This document shows positions 41,376 to 56,879 of a DNA stretch of 64,000 nt, in pieces. Source of the stretch: Octopus vulgaris (Eukaryota); NCBI GenBank assembly GCA_951406725.2, contig OX597830.1, positions 32,550,001 through 32,614,000 of the forward strand, in the 5' to 3' direction. The translations under genes and the position numbers were made by a program. The notes below the pieces were generated by a model, which was not told the origin of the DNA, made no database searches, and saw nothing but the letters and a program-made list of their open reading frames with translations. Position 1 is the stretch's first letter. Each line of letters begins with the position of its first letter.

Positions 41376-41879
41376 AAGGAATTCAGCCACTTAGCTTCCG
41401 TGGGGCCCATCGCTTGAAAGAAACTCACCCACTTTGCTTCCTTGTGGCCCAGTCAAGGCAGAGGCTGGGGCTGCAGTGGTTGAATGCAGGGGGAGATGGA
41501 GCAGCGGAAGAATGCCATAGAAGATGAAGGGAGAAAAGATTGTGAATATGTAGAGTTTTTAGCAAATTCAAAGAGGGAAAGAAAGAAAGGATGATAGACA
41601 AGAAGTAAGGCAGAGGATAAAAAGAATCAAAGCATACTGGATGGGGAGGCTGAAGAGAAATGATAAAGAAAGAGAAGTATGGGTGTGGTGGGAAATAAAA
41701 GTTGAAAGCTGTAGAAAGGCAGGGCAGAAGCTGCAGGTGAGCTGCAGCAAGAGCATCCCAGTCATTGTTAGTATACTTTTGGCTAAACTTGCTCAATAGT
41801 GAGTGCGTTTTGTCAAGAGTTAGCGTGTTGCCATTCCTTGTGGCCATTTGTCATCATCCTAGAGATATTCTGCTTCTTG

Positions 41880-42193
41880 AGATTGAGAGTGAGAGAGAGT
41901 GGAAGAGAGAAGAGAGGGAGAGAGAGAAGAGAGTGAGAGAGAGAGAGAGACAGACAGGCAGACAGAGACTGAGACAAAAAAGAGAGAGAAACGGAGAGGT
42001 AGAGAGTGAAAGAAATAGAAACAGAGAAAGACAAATAAGAGAGAGAGAGAGGCAAAAAAAAAGAGACAGGCAGAGAAAGAAAGGCAAAGAGGGAGAGAGG
42101 CAGGGAAAGAGAAACTGAGAGAGAGAGAGAATGAAGCAGAGAAAGAGAGGCAAAGAGAAACAGTGAGAGAGAAGTAGAGAAAGTGAAGCAAAG

Positions 42194-42232
<39 letters not shown>

Positions 42233-42615
42233 CCAAAGCAGAAAAAGAGAGGCAAAAAGAAAGACAGACAAAAGGGAGGGAGGAAGACAAAAAAAGAGAA
42301 ACAGAGAGAGAGTGAGTGAAGCAGAGAAAGGGAGACAAAGAGAAAAAGAGAGAGAGAGAGATCAGTAGAGAAAGAGAAGCAAAGAGAAAGAGGGAGAGGG
42401 AGAGAGAGAGAGCAAAGTAGAAAAAGAGAGGAAAAAGTGAGACAAAGAAAGAGAAACATAGAGAGAGAGGGAGAGAGAGAGGGAGAGGGAGAAAGAGAGA
42501 AAAGGTGAGAGAGAGTGAGAAAGAGAGAAATGGTGAGAGAGAGAATGAGAAAGAGAGAGAGAGAGAGAATGAGAAAGAAAGAGAGACAGAGAAGCAGAGG
42601 CAGAGAGAAAAGGTG
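41880..42615. repeat. Degenerate (GA)n polypurine tract of about 730 bp
   Basis: Directly visible; source of the Ser/Leu/Phe pseudo-ORFs. Confidence 0.9.
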
Positions 42616-42859
42616 ATAACGAGATGTATGATTAAATGATAAATGACTGTGTGAGTCTCTCTCCACATCTTTGTATAACTCAGCTTCACATTCATTAAAG
42701 ATTTCTAACATCCAACCAATCATAAAGCTTGGTATGGTTTTAATTATATAGCCATCATCAGATAGATATACACACCTGATGTACTCTACATGACTTACCA
42801 CAAGTATGTATTGAGCACATCAATGTTTATGTAAGTAAACCACAACACCCACAGACCAC

Positions 42860-42883
42860 AGATAGAGTATAGACACACATATA

Positions 42884-42946
<63 letters not shown>

Positions 42947-43021
42947 CATATGCACATATGAGAAAACCAACTAAAAAAGTATACATACATACATATATAT
43001 ATGTATGTGTATATATATACG

Positions 43022-43053
<32 letters not shown>

Positions 43054-43713
43054 CATACACACACATACATATACATATATACACATGCATGCATGCACAC
43101 ACACACAGCCCTGCATGTATTTATATATGTAGTATGTATGTATGTTTGTATGTATAAATATGTATATATTTATGTATATGTATATATGTATATGTATATA
43201 TATGTATGTATATATATATATATATATATACACATATGCATATATATATATATATACATACACATACATTCATATACATATACATATTTATATGTAGAAA
43301 CATGCATACATACATGTATATATATATATGTATGTATACAGATAGATAGATAGATATTTAGAAAGATAGATATGTACACAAACATTTTTATACTTGCACA
43401 CACACACATATTTTTATACTTGCACACACACACACAGATATATATGCTTGTATATTTATTTATCTAGCAATCTATCTATCTATCTATCTATCAATCTATC
43501 TATCTGTCTAGCTATCAATCTATCTATCTATCTATCTATCTACCTGTATACATATATGTCTGAGAGTGAATTAATTTACACACACACACATGCACACACA
43601 CATACACATAGAAATACATATGCAAACACATACTTATACACACACACACATATATCGAAACACACACACGTATAAATCATTATATGTGTGTTTATCCATA
43701 TCTGTACATACTT

Positions 43714-43761
<48 letters not shown>

Positions 43762-44015
43762 TCGCCCAGACTGAGACGCAGAGGGGAGGAAAGATGAGAG
43801 CATAAGCTACCTACATGATCGGCACATATGTTTTCACATACATTGCACGTGTACATTAGCTAGACTTTGCCAACTCGCTCAGAAACACACGCACACACAC
43901 ACACACACATACACACACGCACACACATATACACACACACACACACACAAGCACGCATACACACACACACACACACACACACAGACACACACACACACGC
44001 ACGTACACACACACA

Positions 44016-44049
<34 letters not shown>

Positions 44050-44850
44050 AGCACACACGCACGCACGCACACACACACACACACATGCACACACACGCAC
44101 GCACACACACACGCACACACACACACACACTACATACATGCTTCCACGCCATCAGAGTATATTGAAAAATACAGATTTCTATATGACTTAAGCCAGAAAC
44201 TGCAATTAAACAACATGTGGTAATTAATACAAATGTATGATGAATGGATGGATGGGTGGGTGGGTGGAGGTGGTAGGATTGATGTAGGTGAGAACGATGT
44301 GGAGGTGTTGAGTTTAGTGGTGGTGGTGGTGGTGGTGGTGGTGGTGGTGGTGATGGTGGTGATGATTGTGATGCTGTTAATGATGGTGGTTGTGGCAGCA
44401 TCCTTGTTGGTAGTGTTTGTAGTGATGGTATGGATGGTGTAGTTGATAGTAGTAGTGGTGGTGGTGGTAGTGGTGGTGGTGGTAGCAGCGGTGGTGACGT
44501 GGTGGTGGCAGCTGCAGTGGTGATGGTAGTGATGTTGGAAGTGGTGTTATGTAGGAGGTGGTTGGTAGTACTGTTATCAGTAATCTTAATAGTGATACTG
44601 GTGGTGGTGGCTGCAGGGGTGGTAGCGTGGAGGTGTCAGCCGCAGTGGTGGTGGAGGTGTCAGCCGCAGTGGTGGTGGTGGTGGTAGTGATGTTAGGAGT
44701 GGTGTTTGTGTAGGAGCTGGTTAGTGGTGCTGTTATCGTTTATCTTAGTACTGATGGTGATGGTCGTAGTATTGGTGGTGGTGGTGGTAGTGGTGGTGGT
44801 TATGTTGGGAGGGGTATTTACATAGGTACAAGGTTGTGGTGGTGTTTGTT
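42860..44850. repeat. Compound (TA)/(CA)/(TATC)/(GGT)n microsatellites
   Basis: Directly visible. Confidence 0.9.
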
Positions 44851-46507
44851 TTTGGGAGAAGAGCTGAAATGATAACTACAGGGTTCTGCAAGGCAATCTG
44901 TCCACTGCTCTGATCCCTCTGTAATTCCCTACCCTAATATTGGTTTAAAATTTTAGCACAGGGCCAGCAATTTTTGGAGAGCAGTATGATAAATCAGTTA
45001 CATCGACCCCTAGTATTTATCATCCCATGTTTTAAATCTGGGTTTTGACCCCATTAACGGCAGTGGCCAGATCTATCTCAATGCCATAGCAACTGAGGTA
45101 AGCAGGTGCAGCCTACCCCAACATTTGGGCTGGCTGGTGCCCATTCTCCTTTGCTATCATGAGGCTTTTCTTGGAGCTGGATTTTCTATGGGGAGCATGC
45201 CCTTGCTTACCCCCAACCTCAGTTTCTAGACATGAGTGGTCCCGAGACCAAGGCCTCTACCACGATTTTTAAGAAATGTGACAGAAAACTAGCTCAGGAA
45301 GGCAAGGATGCTACTCCCTGAGACCCTTTTCAGAGCCCACACCACCTAGTATTTAACAGGTAATTATTTCATCGAGCCAAGAGGGACAAAAGGCAGAGTA
45401 GACCTCAGCAGAATTTGAACTCAAAACATAAAACATGAACCAAATGATTTTGCCAGCTTGTTGCCTTAAATTCACCATCCTAATATTTGTGGGATGGTGA
45501 TGATGAAGTTGATTTTTCTTGCAGGTTGACTGACAACATACAGGCTCCCTCGATGCTCTGAGGTTCTCGCATAATCTCCCCAGCAAGTTTTTGTTTTGAA
45601 ATTTAGACTTTTCACTGGACTCAACATATTTTCAGGGAAGATTATAGACATATGATGTTGCACTCTTGTCTTGATGCTTATATCCAGTACTCAGTGAAAA
45701 ACATAACTGATCATAGGTAAACATAACCTTGCATGGAAACAAATGAGGATCGGTGGTAAAAAAGGCATCCATCTGCCTTAATATATTCCATCTGAGCCAT
45801 TCAAGCATGGAAAAGCAGATATTAAATGATGATGATATCAATGATTGAGTAACACGGCAGAATATTTCAATGGTGACATTTGGTACACCTGCTCTTATTC
45901 CACCCATGAACTTTGTTTTAACAGCCAGTACTTCTTAATTTAGTTAGATTATTACATTACTCTCACACCTCACACTTTGATTGGAGCTTCCATTAGCAGC
46001 ATGAAGGAGACAGCCATCATGGTAGACTATCACAATGAAAACATGGCACATGTTGATGATGCAATTTACAGAAAAACAGAGAAACAAACACAGATATACA
46101 GACTGTGAATGTAGACATGCTCAACTCCTCATCAGCTGCCAACCAAATATCATTACAATTTCGACATCTAAGTTAAAGAGTATGGCAATTACCAATCCTA
46201 TGGCTATGAAGACAGCCTCAATTCTCAGCTAAGGCTGAGTACTAAATTTATATCATGTAGACAACTTTTGATCACCACAATAAAGTTACCCACGTCTTAT
46301 AGCTACATAGAGTACACCCATAGAGTCATCTAGCAGAGACATGGTTTTACTGCCGGGTGATCCTAAAAAGTATATGAATATATTAGGTGATTGAATTATA
46401 GCCTAGTACCATGAAGACCCTCCTCTTCTATGCATTGGTGATAAACTCAGAATGCAAAAGTTGCCCAAGGAATTTTGAAATTCACATGAAGGGGTAGTGC
46501 TTTAGAG

Positions 46508-46797
46508 CACCAAAGTGGTGGTCTGCAGACCAGTGCCAGTCTGTAAGCCAACAGCTGCTGGCATGCGGTGAGTTTACAGAAAAGAAAGAAACATAAAATG
46601 CTTATGAAATGCTTATGTAATATTGTATTATTTGTTTACAAAATAAATAAAAGATAAAGAAAATTGTCAACTTTTGTTATATTCGTTATATATATTGTTT
46701 CCTGTGTAAATGAATATTAATAAGAAATATTACTGGTCCCTGACACATTGGGAAAAAAACTGCTGGTACACCACATCAGGTAGTTTGAGAATCACTG
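46508..46797. mobile_element. hAT/Charlie-like MITE
   Basis: 8-bp TSD ctttagag/ctttaaag; right end tttgagaatcactg, left TIR partly deleted. Confidence 0.7.
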
Positions 46798-47249
46798 CTT
46801 TAAAGAATGTCAAAGAACAGTAATTCCAAATAAGTATAGGAAAATGTTTGAGAGGATGATTTGGTCCTTCTACATGGGACAATACCTCTCATGTGAATGG
46901 CATGATAAAACACATCCAATCCAATTTATGAGATAAATGCAAAGCCAATGATGGCTGGTCTACATTATTGTTGCATGTTTGAGTTCTTGTGGATTGTAAG
47001 AAACTATATTGTCCAGGTCAGCATAAAAAAAAGAAGACAAAATGATATGGCTGCTGCTGCTACTGCTGTTGCTGATGGAGCTGATGATGATGATGATGAT
47101 GCCTTTGATGATGATGACAACGATGTGATGAAGGCGATGACGATCATGATAATGTCGACAATGATGATGATGATGCTGATGCTGATGATGTGATGACTAA
47201 AAGTGTATATATATACATATATATATATATATGAATACATATATATTTA

Positions 47250-47357
<108 letters not shown>

Positions 47358-47541
47358 TACATATATATACACAAAAATGTACACATACCTACATACATAC
47401 AGAAACATGCATATACATAAGTAAATACACACATACACACATACTTCCATACATGCATTTCATTTATATACATAAATGCTGACTCTGTGTGTGTGTGTGT
47501 ACGTGTGTGTGTGTGTATCTATATCTATATATATATAGGTA

Positions 47542-47580
<39 letters not shown>

Positions 47581-47865
47581 ACATACACACATACATATAC
47601 TCACATGCATGTATATATATATATTCATGTATATACATGTATACATATATACGTTTATATAGGTATTATGAATGCACGCACACTAACTAGATACGCATCT
47701 AAATATATTTGAAAGAAAGGGAATAAATTTTGATAATACAGGTGAGTTCAGTGTATAAGCTATTTTAATTTGATGGAGTGTGAAAGTATAATGAGGGGAC
47801 TGAGAACAAGTGATTGAAATATGCATACTTACAAAAACACACACATACACACATGTATACAGGAG

Positions 47866-47910
<45 letters not shown>

Positions 47911-48215
47911 GAGAAATGAATGAGATAGCAATGTGTGGAAGTGTGAGATACTGACTTAGAGATAAGAGGAAGATGAAGGGGGAGGGAAGGGCAGAGAGAG
48001 AGAGATGGTAAATTAACTAAAAATGAAAGACAACAACAGTGATTACAAAAACAAACAAACGAAATATTTTATAAATTCAGTGAAATAGATGTGAAAGTTA
48101 AAAATTATTAGCTATATGGTTGGGGGTGGGGTAAGGTATTTGGGGAACAGTCGATGGGGAATGGGTAAGAAGTATGCACCAAGGATGAAGAGAGAAGGTT
48201 ATATATATATATATG

Positions 48216-48258
<43 letters not shown>

Positions 48259-48314
48259 CATACATATATATATATATATATATAAATATATACATATATA
48301 TATTTGTATATATG

Positions 48315-48410
<96 letters not shown>

Positions 48411-49046
48411 GTACATACATACACGTCTGTGAGCGTGTATGTATTTGTATATGGATAGATAGCTTGGGATGTAGTTGAATAGGTAGATAGGTAAATGAAT
48501 ATGAGGCTAGGTGTGTAAGTACATTAAGAAATGCATCAAGAGGTAGTTGGTAAGAGATTCAAAGAGAATAAATCCATATCCCAGGAAGTAAGCAAATAAA
48601 CAGTAAGCAAATAAATAGAAGTAGACATACAGATACATACATACATACATGCATATATTCATGAGTGTATGTGTGCATGTGTGTATATGTGCATGTGTGT
48701 ATATATTTTACATGTATATATCTATCTATCAATCTAAATCTATCTATCTATCTATCTACACACAGTGAGACAGACAGACACACACACAGATATATATACA
48801 TATATGTATATGTATATATGTATAGATAGATACATACCTATAATACATATACGTACATAGAACTAAGCACATATATATATAAATGGCGGTGCCCCAGCAT
48901 AGCCACAGCTCGTGAGCTGAAACTAGATCAAACAAAAATAAAATTAAAAATATGTATATATATATATATATATAAATATATGTGTATGTATGCATGAGCA
49001 TGTGTGTGTATGTGTGTACGTACGTGTGTATATATATGTATTTATG

Positions 49047-49080
<34 letters not shown>

Positions 49081-49164
49081 TGTATGTGTGTGTATATATA
49101 TATATATACATACACATACATACATATATACATATACATATATATATATATACATATACATATA

Positions 49165-50830
49165 CAGGGTGCATAAGGTATTTGAGGACATATCACTTTT
49201 GGGTCATTGTTGCATGTTTTGCTAACTCTGCATAATCTTTGTTTCAGAAAATAATAATGACAGACCCTCAACTTACTCAAGAAATGAAGAAGCATGCTGT
49301 TATTGTGATTAGAAAAGCTGAGCATTGCAATTTAGAAATATCGTGATTTTTAAAAGCCACCAGATCTTTTATCTACAGAGTTTGTAACGAGCTAGAGACT
49401 GAAGATGGAAACATATCCCCAGTATCAAAGCATAAAAAGTATTATAAACACTCTGAAATCATCAGAACACCTGAATTTATCCAGCAAGTTCAAGAGACCA
49501 TTGATTACAATCACAAAAAGTCCATGAGATCAATTGCAAAAGAATTCCATGTGTCAGAAGGAACAGTCAGAAATGTTGTCCACAAAGATATCAGATATAA
49601 GTCTTATATGATGAGGAAAGGTCAGTTTGTCAGAAAAAGCAAAGGAAAATCACTACATCAGATCTAAAAGACTCTTAAACAAACTGAAAAATTCAGCAAA
49701 AGAAGATTTGATTCGGTTTTTCTGAAATGTAAAAAACTTTGACCAAGATCAAAACGTTAACAGAAGAAATGACAGATGGTTATGTGCAGACCCTTCTGAA
49801 GTTCCAAGTGTTATATATACAACATTTCTTGCAACTGTCATGGTTTTAGGGGTTGTCAGCAATGAAGGACATGTGATGCCTCCTTACTTCTTTCCACAAG
49901 GCCTCAGAGCTAACTATACCACTTACACTGAGGTCTTGGAAATAATTGTTAAGCCCTGGATAGACAGTGTATGAAATGGAAGGCCATATGTGTTTCAGTA
50001 AGATTCTGCACAATCACACATGGCTCTAATGACACAGGAATGGATGGCTAAAAATGTTCATGATCACATAACCCCTAACATTTGGCCTCCTAATTCCCCA
50101 GATCTCAATCCATTAAGCTATTACATGTGGAACATTGTTCAGAGAGAGGTCAATGAACAGGTCTGTAACACCAAGGATTCTATGAAAGCTACCATAGGTC
50201 AGAGTAATGTCCAAAATGAACCAGGACCACTTGATTCAAGCATGTAGATGGTTTAGATCACATATACAAGCAATTGTTGAAGCTGAAGGTGGCTTTATTG
50301 AATAACATTATAGAATAGATGGTTTATCCTTATCCTCATAGCATTTAAAAAAAAAAATAAAGTTATAGGCGCAGGAGTGGCTGTGTGGTAAGTAGCTTGC
50401 TAACCAACCACATGGTTCCGGGTTCAGTCCCACTGCATGGCATCTTGGGCAAGTGTCTTCTACTATAGCCCTGGGCTGACCAATGCCTTGTGAGTGGATT
50501 TGGTAGACAGAAACTGAAAGAAGCCTGTCGTATATATATATATATGTATGTGTGTGTGTTTGTGTGTCTGTGTTTGTTCCCCTAGCATTGCTTGACAACC
50601 GATGCTAGTGTGTTTACGTCCCCGTCACTTAGCGGTTCGGCAAAAAGAGACCGATAGAATAAGTACTGGGCTTACAAAAAGAATAAGTCCCGGGGTCGAG
50701 TTGCTCGACTAAAGGCGGTGCTCCAGCATGGCCGCAGTCAAATGACTGAAACAAGTAAAAGAGTAAAAAAGAGTAAAGAGTTATTATCTGTTATAATATA
50801 TCTGTTTTTGTATAAACATAAATCTGTCAC
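49165..50830 (+). mobile_element. maT/DD37D Tc1-mariner transposon, pseudogenised, with SINE A inserted in its 3' UTR
   Basis: TA|CAGGGTG start; DQDQNVNRRNDRWL...VMVLGVVSNEG...YVFQ*DSA-(37 aa)-WPPNSPDLNPLSY...AEGGFIE, with stops and frameshifts. Confidence 0.9.
50367..50780 (+). mobile_element. Full-length SINE family A
   Basis: A-box tggctgtgtgg, B-box ggttcagtcc, CR1-like tail. Confidence 0.9.
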
Positions 50831-51235
50831 TTGTATGTATATATGTACATATATGCATGTGTGTACTTGTGAAACTCCTTGTACATGTAAATGTGTGTAA
50901 GTGTATCTATGTGTTAGTCTGTATGTGTATGTATACCCATTTCTCTGAAAATTGCTGACTTACAAGCAATGATGTTTGTTTTCATACATCCCATCCACAA
51001 ATAGCTGGCTGACTTTGTACATTTAAAGATGTCTTTCTTAAAAAACTCATAACATAAGTGTTAGCAACTGGAAAAGCACCCAGCAGCAAAACAATTGTTC
51101 AGTAATATATTCATCTCATCCGTTCTGGTATGGCCTTAAGAAATATACTATTAAAGGAATATATATTTCTATATACATACATAGGTTCGGTCATACAGAA
51201 AGGAAAGTAATGTGAAAACATGAGTATATATATAT

Positions 51236-51445
51236 AGGCGTAGGAGTGGCTGTGTGGTAGGTAGCTTGCTTACGAACCACATGGTTCAAGGTTCAGTCCC
51301 ACTGTGTGCCACTTTGGGCAAGTGTCTTCTACTATAGCCTCGGGCCGACCAAAGCCTTGTGAGTGGATTTGGTAGATGGAAACTGAAAGAAGCCCGCCTT
51401 ATATGTGTGTATATACATGTATGTATGTGTGTGTATATGTTTGTA
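51236..51445 (+). mobile_element. SINE family A, 5' half
   Basis: Colinear with 50367-50560. Confidence 0.85.
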
Positions 51446-52287
51446 ATGAGTTCTCGTATTCGTCTGTTTGAATTCGGGAGTACTGGTCATTGGATATAAT
51501 TTGTCACATGTCACTTGATCAGATAAGGTATGTTTAATTTTTTTACAGTGCTCAAAAATTTAAAATCTTGAAATACTGAAGAGCGAGAATGATGGAGTGG
51601 AAATGTGGTTTTTACATTTTTTACATCTATCTAACTCCGAAACACGTCTACAGTTAATGAAAGCCGGGTGAATTTGTTATTTTTTTCTCTTTGCCTACGT
51701 AGGTTGTTGAGTATTGTTGTCTGGGAGATTTTCTTATGGTAGAGAAATAGCTAGTTTTGACTGCTATTTCTAAATTTCAGCATGTGGTGAAGCAAACTTT
51801 TTTACTGAACCCGAATTATAATTATACTCATAATTATAAAAATTTCTGTTTAAGTTTACCGATAATGGTTCTTTAAACATGCTAAACTACTTGGTAAAAT
51901 TATTAATTAATTAATTAATTAATTAATTTTACCCATTATTTTAATTGATATATATATATGCTGTTCATTGAAATAAATTGCAAGCAACCTACTGATATCC
52001 ATTTGAATTCATGGATGGCATGTTAGGAAAATATGATAAATAATGGTTTTGTTGGTTTCTGCTTGAGCTGTGGTTGTGCTACATGAGGGTCATATTTTTG
52101 CTGGAATAAGCACCTTTTGTCTATAAGTATTAATCTATAAACACATTACATACACATATGCTTACATTTATATGCACACACACACATACATTGCATACTT
52201 ACACACACACATGCATATACATATATATATTTATATATATGTATATATGTACTTGTACATAAGTACCTATATATATGTATATATATG

Positions 52288-52335
<48 letters not shown>

Positions 52336-52583
52336 GACAGACACAGACAGAGATACACACACACACATATATATATATACATATATAAATTCATACGTAG
52401 ATACAAAATGTGCCAGTAATTGGCTATTATTTAGTAAAAATTCTGAAGACATCTCTCTGGCAATCTTCATTCACTGAAAAAATTAGCTGTTTGATGAATA
52501 ACCGTGTTGACTCTGTGTATGAACACACACACACACACACACACACGTATATATATACATGTATATGTAGAGGTATAGATATA

Positions 52584-52629
<46 letters not shown>

Positions 52630-52633
52630 CATG

Positions 52634-52675
<42 letters not shown>

Positions 52676-53553
52676 TACATACATGCATATTATATATGTA
52701 TATATATTAGATGTACATATATATATGTATATATTTATACATATATATATATACATATGATGCGTACATATTAGTATGTGTGTGTTTGTGAGTATATATA
52801 AAGAATGTATATATTGATGTGTATTTATATATACACAAAAGAAATTAATAATATCAAAAGGTGTATACTCATGTATATGCACATATATGCACAAACACTC
52901 ACACAGGCTATTATGAACACACATATACAAATATATATGTGTGTATGGGTATGGAAAAGATAATGATTTGATATATGTATATAGATAGAATAAGTAGACA
53001 GTGATAAAGATATGTCTGTGTGTGTGTGTGTGTATATATATATATGTATGTATATATATTTATATGTATATGTGTATGTATAGATATATATATGTATATG
53101 TATATATATATCTATATATGCATATATATGAATGTATATGTATATATATATGCATATGTATATACATATATATATATGTATGTATACATACATATATACA
53201 TATATATATATGCATGTATGTACATGTATATATATATAGATAGATCACTAGATAAATATATAGATATATATATATGTATGTACATGAAAATATATATAGA
53301 TAGATCACTAGATAAATAGATATGTGCATGTGTGTGTGTTTGTGTGTCTGTGTGTGTATGCGGGTATGTGTGAGTGTGTATATACATATACATGTGTGTG
53401 TGGGGTGTGTGAGAAAGTGAGATTTTAGCGTAATCAAATATACATTCATATTTATGTATACCTACGTATATATATATGTGTTTATGTGTGTATGTATGTA
53501 TGTATGTATTATACATATATGCATATATATACATATAGGAGTGTGTATTTGTG

Positions 53554-53595
<42 letters not shown>

Positions 53596-53900
53596 TGTAA
53601 ATAGTTGTATATAAGAAGGTAGAGATAGATAAATGTATGTATGTTAGTATTTGTGTGTACGTGTATAATTTGTATGTATTGATGAATATGTGTGTGTGTG
53701 TATGTTTGTGTGTTTGCATTCATGTATGTGTTTGTATGTTTGAGTGTGTGTTTGTGTGTTACTTAAGGCCAATTAATAAATGAAACAGTTGTCCAATATT
53801 GAGAGTGAGGTCAGAAGAGTCAGTAAAAAGAAACTGCATTGTGAATACAAATATAATTATCTCCACTATTCTTTCATCAGTTTTTATGCCATGATTTATT

Positions 53901-53940
<40 letters not shown>

Positions 53941-53984
53941 GAAGCATCCATCAACAGACAAACATATATACAGACATACTCACA

Positions 53985-54020
<36 letters not shown>

Positions 54021-54094
54021 TACATATATATACATATATATATATATATATACATATATATACATATATATATATATATGTATATATATATATG

Positions 54095-54161
<67 letters not shown>

Positions 54162-54483
54162 GTATATATATATGTATATATATATTAGTTTGTTAGATTT
54201 GTGCATGTGTATATAGTAATTATAGGAATAAATACCTCTCAATTATTATAATGGAAATATTTCTTTTGTGCAATGTGTTAAGCAGAGAGCTCAGTAAAAC
54301 TGAAGAGTAGCAATGAATACTTGAATAATATGCGTATAGTTAAGTACAATTAAAATGAAATCTTCATAACAAAATCAAGGTACTCATTAAAATATAAAAG
54401 CGTAATATATATAAAGACGTATACATACACCTATACACACACACACACATACATACACACATACATATACATATACATACATT

Positions 54484-54712
54484 AGGCGGCAAGCTGGCAG
54501 AAACGTTAGCACACCGGGCGAAATGCTTAGCGGTATTGCGTCTGTCATTGCGTTCTGAGTTCAAATTCCGCCGAGGTCGACTTTGCCTTTCATCCTTTCA
54601 GAGTCGATAAATTAAGTACCAGTTACGCACTGGGATCGATGTAATCGACTTAATCCGTTTGTCTGTCCTTGTTTGTCCCTTCTATGTTTAGCCCCTTGTG
54701 GGCAATAAATAA
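54484..54712 (+). mobile_element. Full-length SINE family B (Tx1-like tail)
   Basis: aggcggcaagctggcagaaacg...gccccttgtgggcaataaa. Confidence 0.9.
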
Positions 54713-54723
54713 ACACACATACA

Positions 54724-54816
<93 letters not shown>

Positions 54817-54989
54817 TTGCTCATTCACCTAGTTTCGGTCTGTGCAGACAATACCGGACTGACTTGGTGCTTCAACTTAAGTACCTGATTCAACTGAATC
54901 TTCATTATATACATATATTATTCATATATATATATATATATACACGCACACATACATATACATATGCATATATAGATATAGATATATGT

Positions 54990-55292
54990 GAAGGCACATG
55001 GTGAAGTGGTCAGGCATGTTGAAGTCAGGATCATAAGATTAGGAGTTCAATTTCTGGACTGGGCTGCACATTGTGTTCTTGAGCAACGCACTTCATTTCA
55101 CGTTGCTCCAGTCTGCTCAACTGTTAATCGATAAGCCTGTGATGGAATAGGCTTCTGATCATGGGGTGTGTTGGCCTGCATGCCAAGCCAATCGTATGGC
55201 ATCATTTGAGAGCTAAAACGATGCAAAATGTATTGTGACAAGCAATGTATAGCAACATCTGATAACCTGGATGATCACATGATCACGAGATA
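54990..55292 (+). mobile_element. Modular SINE: family-F-type head and core plus family-C-type tail
   Basis: gtgttcttgagcaacgcac...ttgctccagtc, then gctaaaacgatgc...attgtgac...catctgat...tcacatgatcacg. Confidence 0.65.
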
Positions 55293-55627
55293 TATAAAAT
55301 ACATACATATACTTATATACATACATAATAATAATAATACATTCTATTACATGTACAATGTGTGAAATTTTGTGGGAGGGAATCAGTTGATTAGGTTGTC
55401 GGGGACATGCAGCTGGTACTTAATTTATCAACCCCCTGAAAGGATGAAAGGTGAAGTCGACCTTGGTGGAAGATAGATTAGAGGCTTAATGCAAAAACTA
55501 TGTACTGGGGTCTATTCATTTGACTAAAATGATCTTTAAGGAGGTGCCCCAGCATGCTGCAGTCCAATGATTAAAACAAGTAAACATATAAAAGATAAAA
55601 GATATACATGCATACATATGTATTTTT

Positions 55628-56164
55628 CATCATCATCATCATCATCATCATCCTCATCATCCTCGTTTAATGTTCGTTTTCCATGCTAGCATGGGTTGGA
55701 CGGTTCGACCAGGGTCTGGGAAGCCAGGGGGCTGCACCAGGTTCCAGTCTGATCTGGCAGTGTTTCTACAGCTGGATGCCCTTCCTAACACTAACCACTC
55801 CATGTGTGTAGTGAGTGCTTTTTACGTGCCACCAGTGCAGGGGCCAGATGAGGCTGGCAACAGCCACAGTCAGTTGGTGCATTTTTGTGCCATCGGCACA
55901 GAAGCCAGCCAAGGCGACGCAAATATCAGCCACGTTTGGATGATGCTTTTTACGTGCCACCGGTATGGATATCACAACTACAATTCCATTTGATTTTTAT
56001 TTTGATGTTGATGTACTTGACTCAAGCACAGCAGGTCATCCCATGATCCAAGGTAAGCACAGCAGGTCGTCCTATGATTCAAGGTACTTGGAATGGGCTG
56101 GGGCTGGTTGTGTGAAGCTGGTGTAGGATACAGTCATGAACTCACTTTATTTGTCGGGTCTTTT

Positions 56165-56165
<1 letters not shown>
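55628..56165 (-). mobile_element. Family E (RTE-type tail) repeat
   Basis: (CAT)n cgtttaatgttcgttttccatgctagcatgggttggacgg...ctggatgcccttcctaac. Confidence 0.75.
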
Positions 56166-56223
<58 letters not shown>

Positions 56224-56319
56224 GCCCTTGACTTGAGATCAAAGGATTGTTGTAAATAAGCTTCACCATCATAGAAATAGTATTGTTTGCCTCCATTGTT
56301 TTATGGAAAACATAAATGG

Positions 56320-56482
56320 CCATTATTTACATTATTTACATTGGACGGATATGTATCCTCATCTTGTTTGTTGTCACCACAATGTTTCAGCTGATTTACT
56401 CTCCATCCTTCATCAGAACACTTGATGAAGCCCTGTAAATAATGTAAATAATGGTCAGAATCCCTCATCTCTAAAATATAGA
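56320..56482. mobile_element. Second, older inverted-duplicated family D element with a decayed hammerhead
   Basis: Left arm matches 16124-16208; centre cttcatcag-aacac-ttgatgaag; right end tgtaaataatgtaaataatg...cctcatctctaaaatatag. Confidence 0.75.
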
Positions 56483-56879
56483 ACCATATCTGACCATGTG
56501 GAGATATTACTTTGCCTGGAGACAGATGAAGGTTGGTAACAGGAAGGGCATCTGTCCATAGAAAACATACCACAACAAACTTCAGCTGACTCATACAGGC
56601 ATGATGAACTGGATGCTGAATGATGATAATGATGATGATGATGATAGATTTTAGGATTATGAAGATAATTATAGTGCCAATGATGATGATGAATAATGGA
56701 AATGAATAATTGTTTTTAGAAGGATGTTAGTGTTGGTGAGTATAAAGGGGATTAACAGGACACTAAACCCTGTCCCTCTAATCTCTCAACTGACACATAG
56801 CCATCACTCCACTCACTACTACTACCCCCACCCAACAAGCTGATGTGGTTTTTGTCTTGCAAGTTAGTCAGTGACTCTG

